Shown: positions 21,108-32,065 of the stretch, piece after piece
Numbering within the stretch: position 1 is the first letter of the stretch
Layout: each line of letters opens with the position of its first letter
Source: an uncultured Verrucomicrobiae bacterium
Lineage (GTDB): Bacteria; Verrucomicrobiota; Verrucomicrobiia; Chthoniobacterales; JAFAMB01
Direction: 5' to 3'
NCBI GenBank assembly: GCA_963837955.1
Contig: CAWIPH010000002.1
Location: 4,416,001 to 4,480,000 of the forward strand
Length of the DNA: 64,000 nt
Made by a program: the position numbers and the translations under genes
Notes under the pieces: generated by a model
Told to the model about the DNA's origin: nothing
The model's input: only the letters and a program-made list of their open reading frames with translations
Database searches by the model: none

Positions 21108-21144
21108 TCCCTGAAAAACCGTCGAGACGTTCCGGCCCCAAATC

Positions 21145-22017
21145 TTAATCGATGAAACGCTTAGTCAACTCCGCGTAGGCGTCGACCCGCCGATCACGAA
21201 GAAATGGCCAGTGTGTGCGCTGCACATCGATTAATGACAGATCAAGGTCCGCTAAAAGAACCTCTTCCTCTGCCAGGCTTCCCTTAGCAATGAGCTTCCC
21301 CGCAGGATCAGACACAAAGCTCTGACCCCAAAATTCAAGTCCGTCACCGCCATCCGGAGCTTCATGCCCTACCCGATTCGGCACCGCCACGTAACAACCA
21401 TTGGCGATGGCGTGACCTCTTTGCACGGTCTCCCAAGAGAGATGCTGACGTTCACCGTATTGCTTCTTTTCTGAAGGATGCCAACCAATCGCTGTCGGAT
21501 AGAAAAGGATTTCGGCACCGCGCAGGGCCGTAAGCCTGGCTGCTTCCGGATACCATTGGTCCCAACAGACTAAGACGCCGATCTTCCCGTACTTGGTATT
21601 CCAGGAGTGGAAACCGAGATCGCCGGGTGTGAAATAAAACTTTTCGTAAAAAAGCGGATCATCCGGAATATGCATTTTCCGGTACTTACCCAGAAGCTTT
21701 CCGTCAGCATCGATGATCGCTGCCGTGTTATGATAGAGACCCGCGGCGCGTTTTTCGAATAGCGATGCGATGATGACTAAATCCAGTTCAGCCGCCAGCC
21801 GTCCCAACAGTTCTGTGGTCGGTCCCGGAATCTCTTCGGCAAATTGAAAATATTTGTGATCTTCGACCTGGCAAAAATAAACCGTCTGAAACAATTCCTG
21901 TAAACAGACTATTTTGGCGCCCTGCGCGGCCGCCTCCCGGATCAACCTAATGGCTTTTTCCAGATTCTCCGGCGGATTCGGCGAACAACCCATCTGAATG
22001 AGCCCAATCCTCAACAT
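21145..22017 (-). CDS. aguB: N-carbamoylputrescine amidase (carbon-nitrogen hydrolase)
   Basis: LQELF, YRKMHIP, VCWDQWYPE (E-K-C triad), RDRR; start at ATG 22017. Confidence 0.92.
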   Translation of the reverse strand: MLRIGLIQMGCSPNPPENLEKAIRLIREAAAQGAKIVCLQELFQTVYFCQVEDHKYFQFAEEIPGPTTELLGRLAAELDLVIIASLFEKRAAGLYHNTAAIIDADGKLLGKYRKMHIPDDPLFYEKFYFTPGDLGFHSWNTKYGKIGVLVCWDQWYPEAARLTALRGAEILFYPTAIGWHPSEKKQYGERQHLSWETVQRGHAIANGCYVAVPNRVGHEAPDGGDGLEFWGQSFVSDPAGKLIAKGSLAEEEVLLADLDLSLIDVQRTHWPFLRDRRVDAYAELTKRFID

Positions 22018-22367
22018 GTCCTTCCTTAGGTTGGAACTATTCCCATCGCAAAGAAAATTGTTTGGCGCAGAAAGACACGAAGGAGAACGACTTCTAAATT
22101 CCAAATTCTAGATTCCGGATTTCTAAGGTTCAGCTCCTAGCTCCCGATCACCAATCACCGATCACCGATCACCAATCACCAATCACCGTTCCCGGCGTTC
22201 CCGGCGTTCTCCGACTTCGCTGCGTCGTTTGAAACTCCGGTAGGCTTCGTCGGACAGGCCGGCGTTCTCCAACTTCGCTCCGTCGTTTGAAACTCCGGCA
22301 GGCTTCGTCGGACAAGCCGGTTGTCGGCGTTGTCGACCGCCCGACTCCAGTTTAACCTCTTTGAGCC

Positions 22368-22919
22368 ATGCTCAACGAAATCCGGACTATCATTCACACC
22401 GTCAAAGGCGATTTGGAAGCGACGTTGGTCCCCGCGGATGCACCAATTGCAGCCGCCAATTTCCTCAATCTCGCCCACCGCAAATTTTATGATGGACTCA
22501 TCTTTCATCGGGTTGTGCCCCAATTCGTGATTCAAGGAGGAGATCCAGCTGGAACGGGCCGAGGCGATCCCGGGTACCGATTTGAGAATGAGCCTCGCAA
22601 GTCGTTGTCGCACGAAACCGTCGGTGTTCTGGCCATGGCCAATGCCGGACCCGGCACTAACGGATCGCAGTTCTATATCACCCTTGCTCCGCTCAACCCG
22701 GCGCACATAAAAATGCTGGACGACGGCTACACAATCTTTGGCCGGCTTACCAACGGCATAAAAGTCGCCAACCAAATCGCTCAAGGTGATAAGATCTCTT
22801 CGGTTGAGATCCTTGATCCGGTGGAACCGCTTTTCCAGGCCGAGAAAGACCGAATTCAGGGCTGGAACAAAATACTCGATCGCAAATTCGGATCCCGCCT
22901 CTCCCCTGCCACCACGTAG
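22368..22919 (+). CDS. Cyclophilin-type peptidyl-prolyl cis-trans isomerase
   Basis: FHRVVPQFVIQGGDP, LAMANAGPGTNGSQFYI. Confidence 0.95.
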   Translation: MLNEIRTIIHTVKGDLEATLVPADAPIAAANFLNLAHRKFYDGLIFHRVVPQFVIQGGDPAGTGRGDPGYRFENEPRKSLSHETVGVLAMANAGPGTNGSQFYITLAPLNPAHIKMLDDGYTIFGRLTNGIKVANQIAQGDKISSVEILDPVEPLFQAEKDRIQGWNKILDRKFGSRLSPATT

Positions 22920-23307
22920 CTGATCGAAACGAATAGCATTAGCAGATAGCAGATAGCAGATAGCAAATAGCAGATGGCCAAAGGCAGATGACGAATGACA
23001 GATGACAAATTGTATTCACGCCGACTTGTCCGACGAAGCCTCCTCCGATGTTCGAACGTGACTTACGGTTGGCGAAGTCGGAAGGCCTCCGAGAATCGAA
23101 CCATGGCTAATGATTGGCGATGTCGGACTTATGCGCCGTAGCCCGTGCCCTCAAAACCGATATGCTAACAAGGTTGGCGGCGGAAGGCGTAAGAGAACTT
23201 CGCCAGCCGATCTGACGGAATAACAATACAAATCACGGTTGGTGGCCTGCCACTGGTCTTCATTTGCCATCTGCTATTTGCTATCTGCTATCTGCTATTC
23301 GCCAGCG

Positions 23308-24288
23308 ATGAGCCTTCGCACGGAAGACTACAACTACGATCTCCCTAAAGAACTGATCGCGCTTCGGCCGCCTCCTGTTCGCGGTGATTCAAGGTTGATG
23401 CTGCTCGACCGAGGCCGTGGGAGCATCACGCATCATGCTTTCCGCGAACTCATCCATCTGGTCACGCCACAAGAGTTGCTTGTTTTGAACAATACCCGAG
23501 TGATCCCGGCCCGTATCCGGTTCCAAAATCGCAACGCAGAAATTTTTCTGCTTCGACAGATCGACAATCGAACCTGGCGTTGTCTGGTTCGACCGGGACC
23601 TTGGTTCACCGTGGGTCGCGAATTTGTCGAACCGGGATTCCGTGGCGAGGTCACCTCTATTTTCGAAAATGGCGAACGGCAAATTCAGTTCAATGAACCT
23701 TTGAATCTGGAACAAGCCGGTGAAATTCCGCTCCCGCCCTACATTGAGCGTAAACCGGAAGCCGCGGACAGTGAACGGTATCAAACTGTTTTTGCTGCTA
23801 CTCCTGGAGCGGTTGCGGCGCCAACCGCAGGTCTCCATTTTTCAGACGAACTGCTTCAGCGGCTCCCCCACGAGTTCATCACTCTGCATGTTGGGGTCGG
23901 CACCTTTAAGCCGGTGAAAACAAGTCTGATCACGGAGCACGAAATGCAGGCTGAATCTTTCGAAATAAAGCCGGCTGCCGCTCGCCAGATCAACGAAGCG
24001 CCCAAAATATTAGCGGTCGGCACCACCACCGTTCGAACGTTGGAGGCGTTGATGCGGAGGCATAGCCAAATCGTTCCCGGCCCAGGTCAGACCGATATTT
24101 TTATCTATCCGCCGTTCGAGTTTCGGCGAGTGAACAGTCTGCTGACCAACTTTCATCTGCCAAAATCAACCTTGTTGATGTTAGTGTCAGCGTTCGCCGG
24201 TCGCGAATTCATCCTCGAAGCTTACAAGCAAGCCATTGCTGAACGATACCGATTTTTCAGTTACGGCGATTGTATGCTGATTCGGTAG
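23308..24288 (+). CDS. queA: S-adenosylmethionine:tRNA ribosyltransferase-isomerase
   Basis: PLPPYI, AAPTAGLHF, VGTTTVRTLE, TNFHLPKSTL, FFSYGD; start at ATG 23308. Confidence 0.97.
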   Translation: MSLRTEDYNYDLPKELIALRPPPVRGDSRLMLLDRGRGSITHHAFRELIHLVTPQELLVLNNTRVIPARIRFQNRNAEIFLLRQIDNRTWRCLVRPGPWFTVGREFVEPGFRGEVTSIFENGERQIQFNEPLNLEQAGEIPLPPYIERKPEAADSERYQTVFAATPGAVAAPTAGLHFSDELLQRLPHEFITLHVGVGTFKPVKTSLITEHEMQAESFEIKPAAARQINEAPKILAVGTTTVRTLEALMRRHSQIVPGPGQTDIFIYPPFEFRRVNSLLTNFHLPKSTLLMLVSAFAGREFILEAYKQAIAERYRFFSYGDCMLIR

Positions 24289-24324
24289 GTCACAAGCCAG
24301 GAGCCAGGATTTAGGGGGGCGTGT

Positions 24325-24664
24325 CCCCATAAGCGCTAACTTAGGGCGTTTAGGAGTGTAAGCTGAGGACTTGTCCCGGAGGGACTCAGTGAAAGTAGCC
24401 CAGTACGAAGTGCTGGGAAATGATTCAAAAAGACACGTCCGTCCCGTCAAGGGACGATCGAAACGTTCGGCTTTTGACGGTCTCGCACCCCGCTCAGCGA
24501 TTGCCGGTATTGGTCGATCGTCCCGTCCGGGACGGATAGCTCTTTAAGAACGCTAACCCAGCACTTCGTACTGGGCTACTTTCGTGAGGTCCCTACGGGA
24601 CTTGACTTTCTCTAACCGCTAACAGCGATCCTGATCGCGACCTCTTTAGTTAGCGCTTATGGGG
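24325..24664. mobile_element. 340-bp MITE with 17-bp perfect TIRs and a 5-bp target duplication, containing a REPIN-like palindrome
   Basis: CCCCATAAGCGCTAACT (24325-24341) and AGTTAGCGCTTATGGGG (24648-24664); CGTGT on both sides; internal 27-bp perfect IR at 24391-24417 and 24557-24583. Confidence 0.85.
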
Positions 24665-24699
24665 CGTGTCCCCTGGGCTCCCAATCCCCAATCACTAAT

Positions 24700-26013
24700 C
24701 TAATCACTAATCACCGCCTCCCCTACCGCTACCTTCTCCAGGCTCAACGTCTTCAGCTGGTGTAGCGGAGAAAATCGACTCAATCCTGAAACAACCAATA
24801 GACCTAGCGCGGATACAATCAGGGTGGGTCTGATTCCGATGCTCTCTCCTAACCAGCCACCAAAAAACGCTCCAAAGGGCATGATACCGGTCACCACGAA
24901 ACGGAATGCGCCGTTCATTCTTCCCAGCATCAAGCTGGGCGTCAGCGTTTGCCGAATGGTCCAAGCGAATACGGTAATCGCGGAACCTCCAGCGCTCAGA
25001 ACAAAGTAGGCTGCAGCCAGAGCCATCACTCCGCCGACATTTCCCGTGTTGACCAGCGGAAAACAAAATGCCGCCACAGCAGCGACGATGGTGGACCAGA
25101 TCACAAAAGGACCGGGCCCAAACCATCGGCCAAGCCGTTCCGCGCCGAAAGCACCCATAACCGCGCCCAGTCCTCCAACACTCACCGTTACACCAAATAC
25201 GCCAGGCCGGATGCTCAGATCCCGCGTAGCATAAAGCACAAGTATCGCCATCAAAGCGTTCTGAAAAAAATTGTTCGCAGTGACCAGGCAGAGCAGTGAT
25301 CGAATATGCCGTTCTTCGCCCACAAAGCGAAATCCGTCAGCGATCTGCCGAAAAATGTTCTCGCGTCCATGCCGTACCCGGACTTCCTGGTGTTTGATTC
25401 GGAGCAGACAAATCGCACTCAGAAAGTAGGTGGAGGCGTCAGCCAGGACCGCCAACGGCGCACCGAGCAACTCCACCATGACCCCACCGAATCCTGGTCC
25501 GATCGATTGTCCAAGCGCATACGACATCATGATTTTGCTGTTCGCGTTCACCAACCTATCCCGTTTTACGATCTCTGGGATGTAGGTCTGGTAAGCCATC
25601 TCAAATATCACCTTCAACGATCCCATCACGAACATCACCAGATAGAGCACGCCAAGATGCATCCAGCCTAAGAGGACGGCGAGTGGCACCACCGTGATGA
25701 AAGCGCCGCGGACCAGACTTGCGATAATCATCAGCCAGCGCCGGATCCCGAGGTCTGCCCAAACTCCGGCCGGTAGCGTAAAGACCAGAAACGGCGCAAA
25801 TTCCGCTGCGCGCAGAAGTCCCATTTCCAGCGAACTCGCATGGAGAGTAATTGCAGCCAGCAATGGAACTGCGAATGCCGTTACTTGCGCGCCCAGGGTC
25901 GACACGGTTTGCCCGGTCCAGAACAACGCAAACGATCGATTGATTAGGAAAGCCGCTCGCCGCTGAGTCGGAGCCGAAGTCAGACAACCGGCAGAATCCT
26001 CGATATTTTTCAC
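24700..26013 (-). CDS. MFS transporter (DHA3/MFS_3-like efflux)
   Basis: FWTGQTVSTLG, AGVWAD, about 12 TM segments, RQ.LTP..MLGRMN. Confidence 0.9.
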   Translation of the reverse strand: MKNIEDSAGCLTSAPTQRRAAFLINRSFALFWTGQTVSTLGAQVTAFAVPLLAAITLHASSLEMGLLRAAEFAPFLVFTLPAGVWADLGIRRWLMIIASLVRGAFITVVPLAVLLGWMHLGVLYLVMFVMGSLKVIFEMAYQTYIPEIVKRDRLVNANSKIMMSYALGQSIGPGFGGVMVELLGAPLAVLADASTYFLSAICLLRIKHQEVRVRHGRENIFRQIADGFRFVGEERHIRSLLCLVTANNFFQNALMAILVLYATRDLSIRPGVFGVTVSVGGLGAVMGAFGAERLGRWFGPGPFVIWSTIVAAVAAFCFPLVNTGNVGGVMALAAAYFVLSAGGSAITVFAWTIRQTLTPSLMLGRMNGAFRFVVTGIMPFGAFFGGWLGESIGIRPTLIVSALGLLVVSGLSRFSPLHQLKTLSLEKVAVGEAVISD

Positions 26014-26395
26014 TGGGGCTTGGTGAGCCCCCTGCCTTTTCGGCTTAGATCAACGCCCAACGAATGACCACAAAAGAGATCAATACACCAATCGCTCAAT
26101 TTCAAACCCGGCGATACTGCCCGCTCACAGAGGGGAACCTGCGGTCGAATGCCCGAGCCTTCCTGTCAGTCAATCATTTAATCGGCGACCGAAAAAATTC
26201 CAAGGAATTTTTCGCGATAGTTCTAATTGTGCAATTGCAATCTGCAATCCAAGACCGCGAATGGAACCTCCTTCGCTACGTCTCCGCTTCGTTATAGAGC
26301 GCCCGATAACATCCGCGGCCGCGCGCTTGTTCCACAGAAGATCGCAGAGAGCACCAATCATCCGCAAATTCTAGATTCCAATTCGGAGTTTCTCA

Positions 26396-26487
26396 CGCTG
26401 AAGGCGTTAGAGGACTCAGCCCAGGGTGGAGGCTTGGCGGAACCCTGGGTTAAGCAGAAAAAGCGGTCCGCTCTGAAAGAGCGCTAG
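26396..26487 (+). repeat. REP-like unit related to those flanking the Y1 transposase
   Basis: CGCTGAAGGCG-TTAGAGGACTCAGCCCAGGGT...ACCCTGGG...GCTCTGAAAGAGC. Confidence 0.7.
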
Positions 26488-26781
26488 AAATTCATATGGA
26501 CGCGACAGGAGCCGGGCCTACCAGCTCCTAGATACTAAATGCTCTGGCCGTCCCCTCCCCAAACCTCACTTTTTCCGTCCGGGTCCATTCAACCGCGCCT
26601 CGAGTGCAAACATCGCAAAAGCTACCAGCGCATAGACGACGAATTGTCCGATGTAAAATAGGAACATGATTAGGGAGATAATCCTCCCAATCGAAGCGAA
26701 TGACAAATTACAGATTGCAGCGCTATTTGTTATTTGTCATTCGCGGCCGATCCTTGGTACTGTATCTTGTCTTCGGAGATT

Positions 26782-27009
26782 ATGAGATCCCGGTTGTTCA
26801 TCCTCAGCTTTGTTGCGATCGCCTTGTCGATGTTACCGTTCACCGCGAGCGCGGGAACTGGCGAAGTCGAATACCAGCCGGTTTACCGTTCCTGTTGCAA
26901 AGACCGCTGTTCTTTTTGGACAAAGGTGCGGCAAGCGTTCGACGTCACGTACCCCTTCGATTACTGTAACGATTACGATTATCCACCGCCCTGTCAGACG
27001 TGTCATTAG
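26782..27009 (+). CDS. Small secreted Cys-rich protein (75 aa)
   Basis: GGAG RBS, ATG 26782, signal peptide ending ASA, six Cys, terminal CQTCH. Confidence 0.65.
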   Translation: MRSRLFILSFVAIALSMLPFTASAGTGEVEYQPVYRSCCKDRCSFWTKVRQAFDVTYPFDYCNDYDYPPPCQTCH

Positions 27010-27166
27010 CACGGGCCAGTTATAAGCCCGAGTCGCGACCGGACTGAGCTCGGTTTCGATCGCCGCTTATCCGTTTCCTTCCCTTCGGAACACTAAAAAT
27101 TCCACCTTCTAAATCCTCTCTTCCGTATTCCCTTTGCGTCTTGGCGCCTTTGCGTGAGATCCGGCT

Positions 27167-27386
27167 TCTCCGTTGTCTCTGTGAGCTCCTGTTAAGAAGG
27201 TCTTCTCCGTCTCTGCGAGCTCATGTGAAAATTTCAAATCCGGCTTCGCGTCTTTGCGACTTTGCGTGAGATTTTCCGGCCGAGCAGGCGTGTCCGACGA
27301 AGCGTCCGCCAGGTGATGATACGATTTTCGACTAACGTCGCGAAGTCGGAAGCTCGGCCCTACCGGGCAACGCGTCTTTGCGTGAG
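27167..27386. repeat. 220-bp composite repeat, inverted partner of 32066-32285
   Basis: Near-identical reverse complement by manual alignment. Confidence 0.88.
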
Positions 27387-27393
27387 GTTATTC

Positions 27394-27852
27394 TTACCGG
27401 CCACGCGCTGCCAATTTGCGTTCCCAATCAAGAACGCATTTCTTCCAATATCCGGGATTGGAGGCGCAATAAACCGCTGCAATCTGACTTAAAGTGTTCC
27501 GACCCTTGAATGGCTTCCGGTTCAAAAGCTGCGCCGCGTAATAAATCGACTCTTCCGAATTGGCGAAGCGCTTCGCTCCGCTTCGAGTCATTAGCCCCAT
27601 CCAATTGTTCTTTCTCCGGGCCGCTTGACTCTTCCACGCGCCTGACTCATGGGCAGAAATGGCTGCAAGCAGTATGGGATCAAGACCATACCGTCGCCCG
27701 GCTTCCACGAAAATTCGTCCGTACCCCTTGGGAACCTTCTTCTCCAGATCTACCGGATCGACTGAGCGGAAGACACGGATGTTCTCCTCAACAGCACGAA
27801 TGGGTAACTGGAGACCAAGGAGCAAAACAGTACCGATGATCCACTGGTTCAT
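27394..27852 (-). CDS. Secreted glucosaminidase/lysozyme-like domain protein
   Basis: Signal peptide; YGLDPILLAAISAHES, NNWMGL, Y..SNP.YW pattern. Confidence 0.7.
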   Translation of the reverse strand: MNQWIIGTVLLLGLQLPIRAVEENIRVFRSVDPVDLEKKVPKGYGRIFVEAGRRYGLDPILLAAISAHESGAWKSQAARRKNNWMGLMTRSGAKRFANSEESIYYAAQLLNRKPFKGRNTLSQIAAVYCASNPGYWKKCVLDWERKLAARGR

Positions 27853-28450
27853 GGAATTGCCGTATATTGACGAAAATTCAGATTTTACAACAGATTTATT
27901 TCCGAACGGCGCAGCTGGGAGGTCTCACGCGAAGTCGTCGCCCGGTAGGGCTGAGCTCCCGCTCGGCCGGAAAATCTCACGCAAAGTCGCAAAGACGCGA
28001 AGCCGGATTTAAATTCTTACAAGAGCTCGCAGAGACCGAGAAGACCTTTTTAACAGGAGCTCACAGAGAAAACGGAGGAACCGGGTCTCACGCAAAGGCG
28101 GATTTTAAATAGAAGGGAACAAAGACCCTTTCAACAGGAGCCAACAGTGAAAACGGAGAGACCGTTCAGCTTGCGTCGAAACTCCCTTTCTTCGGTTAAC
28201 TCTTGTTTAGATGTCTTCTCCCGCGTCCCCGTATTCAGTTCCCGGCGTTGTCGGCGTTTATCAGCTATCTAAATTTCCCATGTTAAAGCAGTTTCAGCGA
28301 ACTCCATCGTCGGAACTCGCGGACGTTTTGCGTGCCGAATTGCATGCATGCCTCCCATGGCAAACTCGGGCTGTTTCCGTACGCCGAAGGCGTAAGAGGA
28401 CTCAGCCCAGCAACGTGTCGGACTTTACACGATGGAACCAACGGCTATCG

Positions 28451-28696
28451 CAGCGGCGAAGCCGCGATTCAGGATAGCCTAGCCTGCAGGGCTAGGTACA
28501 GGCATATAGGTGAGCGAGCGCTCAAAGCGCGGCTCAGTTGAACTCGGAGCGATGCCGACATTTTGACGATGATCGTACAAACATTTGGCGCTCCCGGATT
28601 CGGTGTTTGCGACGCACCTTCAGCGCTAGGATCGCTCTTTTATTCTTATTCCTAGGGCTTCTCCCTAGGCTATCTTGAAGCACGGCTTCGCCGCTG
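28451..28696. repeat. REPIN-like palindromic element
   Basis: 32-bp imperfect IR arms at 28451-28482 and 28665-28696, each starting with a GCGGCGAAGCCG hairpin. Confidence 0.8.
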
Positions 28697-28963
28697 AAAA
28701 CGTGCCCGTCAGAATTGGGTCAGGCAAATCTGCTCCTGGTTCATTCGCCGCTATTTCGGAGGCCGTCCGGGCTTAATCTTCTCTGTTTCCTCCGTTTCCT
28801 CCCCTTTAACCGTTTTTCCGCCAATGCCTCCCTCATCCCGTATTCCGTTCCCGGCGCTTATCAGCTATCTCATCGCCTCTCCGTTTAGCCCCTGTTCAAC
28901 TATTTTTTCCGGCAATGCCTCGGTCCTTCCGGGTTCGCGTCTTCGCGTCTTTGCGTGAGATTT

Positions 28964-29767
28964 TTATGCCTTGGCCGAGTCTCCCGGAAGCTCAAAATAG
29001 CGCACCCGATACGTCCTGAGGTAACGGTCGCTCAAGGTATTGAGCGCACGCCGTGCCAATGTGAATTGCTCAGCAAACATGGCAAAGACCGGCCGCAAGT
29101 GGGCCTGATCCGTATGCCGTTCGGCCACGCGGTAGAAACGCTTTCCGTGCAGCTCGTAATCTTTCAGGGTGCGTTTGACTGAGAACATCCTATTCGGATG
29201 CGCCGCAAACAGAGCAGCGTGATCGGGAAAAATCCCACTCAAGAACAGCGCAATATCAGCGATCCGTTGGAAGAGTGCCGGCCGCATCTCCGGGTCAATG
29301 ATGCGAGCCAGCTCGATCATGTCATCTATATCGATATCGCTGAACCGCTTTTTGTGCCAGGCGCCGCGCTCCTTCCAGTACATGACACCGCTATTCGTCC
29401 GCACGAACGAAGAAAGCATTTCGGCGAGATAATCACGCGCCGGCTTGTCTGAGAGCATCTCAGCCACTGCCGGGGCTTCAAAAACCGGGATGCGTCTCCC
29501 TTTAGACTCCACCTCAAAGACATAAGTCTCCTTTTCCAATTCCCTTCGCAAGCGGCGCAGGAGCACTGAAAAAAGTAGATGGGGCGAGACCCGCACGAAA
29601 GTTTCTTCATCCCCAAAGAGCCGATCCGCTAGCTTCGGATCTTCCAACATTGGCTCGATGAGATCTTCTTTGTCCCGAACCAGATTGACAATGTGATCGT
29701 AATCACGCCGGTTGGTGACCACCGTTTCGACCAGGAACCGCAAATCAGACTCGCTCAAGTGCAACAT
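28964..29767 (-). CDS. Hypothetical protein (267 aa)
   Basis: Long ORF with ATG filling the space between two repeat blocks; helical, DIALFLSGIFPD segment. Confidence 0.75.
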   Translation of the reverse strand: MLHLSESDLRFLVETVVTNRRDYDHIVNLVRDKEDLIEPMLEDPKLADRLFGDEETFVRVSPHLLFSVLLRRLRRELEKETYVFEVESKGRRIPVFEAPAVAEMLSDKPARDYLAEMLSSFVRTNSGVMYWKERGAWHKKRFSDIDIDDMIELARIIDPEMRPALFQRIADIALFLSGIFPDHAALFAAHPNRMFSVKRTLKDYELHGKRFYRVAERHTDQAHLRPVFAMFAEQFTLARRALNTLSDRYLRTYRVRYFELPGDSAKA

Positions 29768-30096
29768 CGCTTGAAAACCTCACGCGAAGTCGCCAAGACG
29801 CAAAAACGAATTTTGAACAGAGCAGCTATTTGCTATGTGCGCTCTCCTGACGGCGTGTCCGAATAAAGAGTTACTCACCTCGATTGGCGACCGCAAAAAA
29901 GGGTGCGTGATCAGAACCAGACCTATAGTAGCGATGATCGCCACGCGGCTGACATTGCCCCCGGACAGGCCCTTTTGTCGAAGCTGCTCTTTCACGGGAG
30001 AGAAACAGAGATGACGGAAATAAGTGTTCCAGATCGCAGGCTTGTCGAAATCTCTTATTCACTGTTCGCCACGTCGATCTTTCCGTCTCTGAACTC

Positions 30097-30735
30097 TCAT
30101 TCTTTTGCGTCTTGGCGTCTTTGCGTGAGATCGTCTCCGGTCAACGCGCTCCGGTATTTCGCCATCTCGCTTTGGTACTCGTCTTGACCCTTTTTGTAGG
30201 CCTCGCTGGATATCACATGCTTCTGGTACATGGCTTCCAATTGCGACCTTTTACGTTCGGCTTTCCGGCGTTCTCTCTCAGCGCTTTTGCGTTCCACCTC
30301 GGACGGCTTCAGGTCGCGCGATCCGTTGTCTTTTACAACCGCAGTGGGTTGCGGAAACGGTGCAACAGCCGTGGGAACCGGAGTCGGCAAAGGTGATCGA
30401 TTAGGGTCTTCCGCCGCGATCGTTCCAGGGTGCACCGTATCCAGGTTCGCCACTGCCGGACTGGGCGCTTTCCCGACCGGTGATGGCGTCGTCACCGAAA
30501 CGATCTGAGTTTTCTCTGAATTCTTCGATCGCGTGTTTCTCAGCGCGAAGAGGCAAAATACGCCAAGACCGATCGCAAAGGCCGCACCCAGGGCAACTAA
30601 GGCGCCCAGAGCGACCCTTTTGATCCAGGCTCTCGCTGAATCCCGTCGCTGCCCGGAGTCACTTGGCTGGGCTTTTAATCGTCTCCTTAATGGTCGATTG
30701 CGACGTCTATTCACGGACAACTCCGAAAAATACAC
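30097..30735 (-). CDS. Hypothetical membrane-anchored protein with Pro/Thr-rich linker and charged C-terminus
   Basis: One TM segment, P/T linker; last residues encoded by repeat DNA; start uncertain. Confidence 0.55.
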   Translation of the reverse strand: MYFSELSVNRRRNRPLRRRLKAQPSDSGQRRDSARAWIKRVALGALVALGAAFAIGLGVFCLFALRNTRSKNSEKTQIVSVTTPSPVGKAPSPAVANLDTVHPGTIAAEDPNRSPLPTPVPTAVAPFPQPTAVVKDNGSRDLKPSEVERKSAERERRKAERKRSQLEAMYQKHVISSEAYKKGQDEYQSEMAKYRSALTGDDLTQRRQDAKE

Positions 30736-31091
30736 TACAGGATGTGGAATTCAAAAAAAATGGTACAAGATCCAGTGCGGAGCCGCCTTGGAGAGAAAAA
30801 CTCACGCAAAGACGCAAAGGCGCAAAGGCGGATTTTGAATTTCCACAAAAGCTCGCAGAGACAGAGAAGACCTTTTTAACGGGAGCTCACAGAGACAACG
30901 GAGAAACCGGGTCTCACGCAAAGAACGCCAAAGTGGATTTTGAATTTCCCTCTCTGTCATTTGCTATCTGCTATTTGCTATTTGTCATGCGCTTCGCCCG
31001 TCCTTTGCGTCTTGGCGTCTTTGCGTGAGATATTTTCGGCCGAGCGGAAGCTCAGCCCTACCGAGCGCGTCTTTGCGTGAGATATTCCGGT

Positions 31092-32039
31092 ATGAGTTTG
31101 CCACTGCTGGGTATTCACCACGTAACCGCCATTACGGCTCGAGCTTCGGATAACCTGCGTTTTTATACGCAGGTTCTCGGCATGCGGTTAGTGAAAAAAA
31201 CCGTGAACCAGGATGATGTCTCGGCGTATCACCTGTTTTATGCCGACGCTAAGGGTTCGCCGGGCACGGATTTGACCTTCTTCGACTGGGCTGCCATCCC
31301 GCCGCGCCAGCTCGGTAATCGGATGATCACCAGGACGGCTTTACGAGTCGCAAATCGCACATCGCTCGAATGGTGGAAAAAACATCTCGAACAACGGGCC
31401 CAGAAGGTTGGAGAGATCGTAGAACGTGCCGGCCGCGCTTCGCTCCTCTTTGAAGATCCTGAAGGTCAGCAATTGATGTTGGTGGAGGATCTCGCCCAGG
31501 GCACGCCATACGAAAAGAGCCCGGTACCAGCCGAGCACCAGATTCATGGACTGGGGCCCGTCGAAATCACGGTATCGACGATGGCGAAGACCGCCGAGAT
31601 ACTTACCGAGCTGCTCGGCATGCGCTCGGTCCGCCAATTCCAGGAACCCGAAGGAGCGGATGGCGTGGTTCACATCTACGAGATCGGCCAGGGTGGTCCC
31701 GGCGCTGAGCTGCACGTTCGGATCCGCCCGGAACTGCCGATCGGTCAGACTGGAGCGGGCGGCGTCCATCATGTTGCGTTCCGGGTACCGGACGACCAAT
31801 ATGACGCTTGGGCTGATCGGCTCCGGAAGTACGGTATCCCGAATAGTGGAAAGGTTGACCGCTTCTATTTCCAGAGTCTTTATTTTCGCGAGCCGAACGG
31901 TATTTTATTCGAACTGGCCACCGATGGCCCAGGTTTTGCCACAGACGAGCCAGCCGAAACAATGGGTGAACGTTTGGCGCTGCCGCCATTTCTCGAACCT
32001 CGCCGGGCGCAGATCGAGAAAGGTCTGAAGCCTCTTTGA
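31092..32039 (+). CDS. Ring-cleaving dioxygenase, VOC family (MhqO/PcpA-like)
   Basis: GIHHVTAI, KTVNQDD, GGVHHVAFR, YFREPNGILFELATDGPGF. Confidence 0.92.
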   Translation: MSLPLLGIHHVTAITARASDNLRFYTQVLGMRLVKKTVNQDDVSAYHLFYADAKGSPGTDLTFFDWAAIPPRQLGNRMITRTALRVANRTSLEWWKKHLEQRAQKVGEIVERAGRASLLFEDPEGQQLMLVEDLAQGTPYEKSPVPAEHQIHGLGPVEITVSTMAKTAEILTELLGMRSVRQFQEPEGADGVVHIYEIGQGGPGAELHVRIRPELPIGQTGAGGVHHVAFRVPDDQYDAWADRLRKYGIPNSGKVDRFYFQSLYFREPNGILFELATDGPGFATDEPAETMGERLALPPFLEPRRAQIEKGLKPL

Positions 32040-32065
32040 GGTAGCACGGCCGAAGAGACGAAAGT

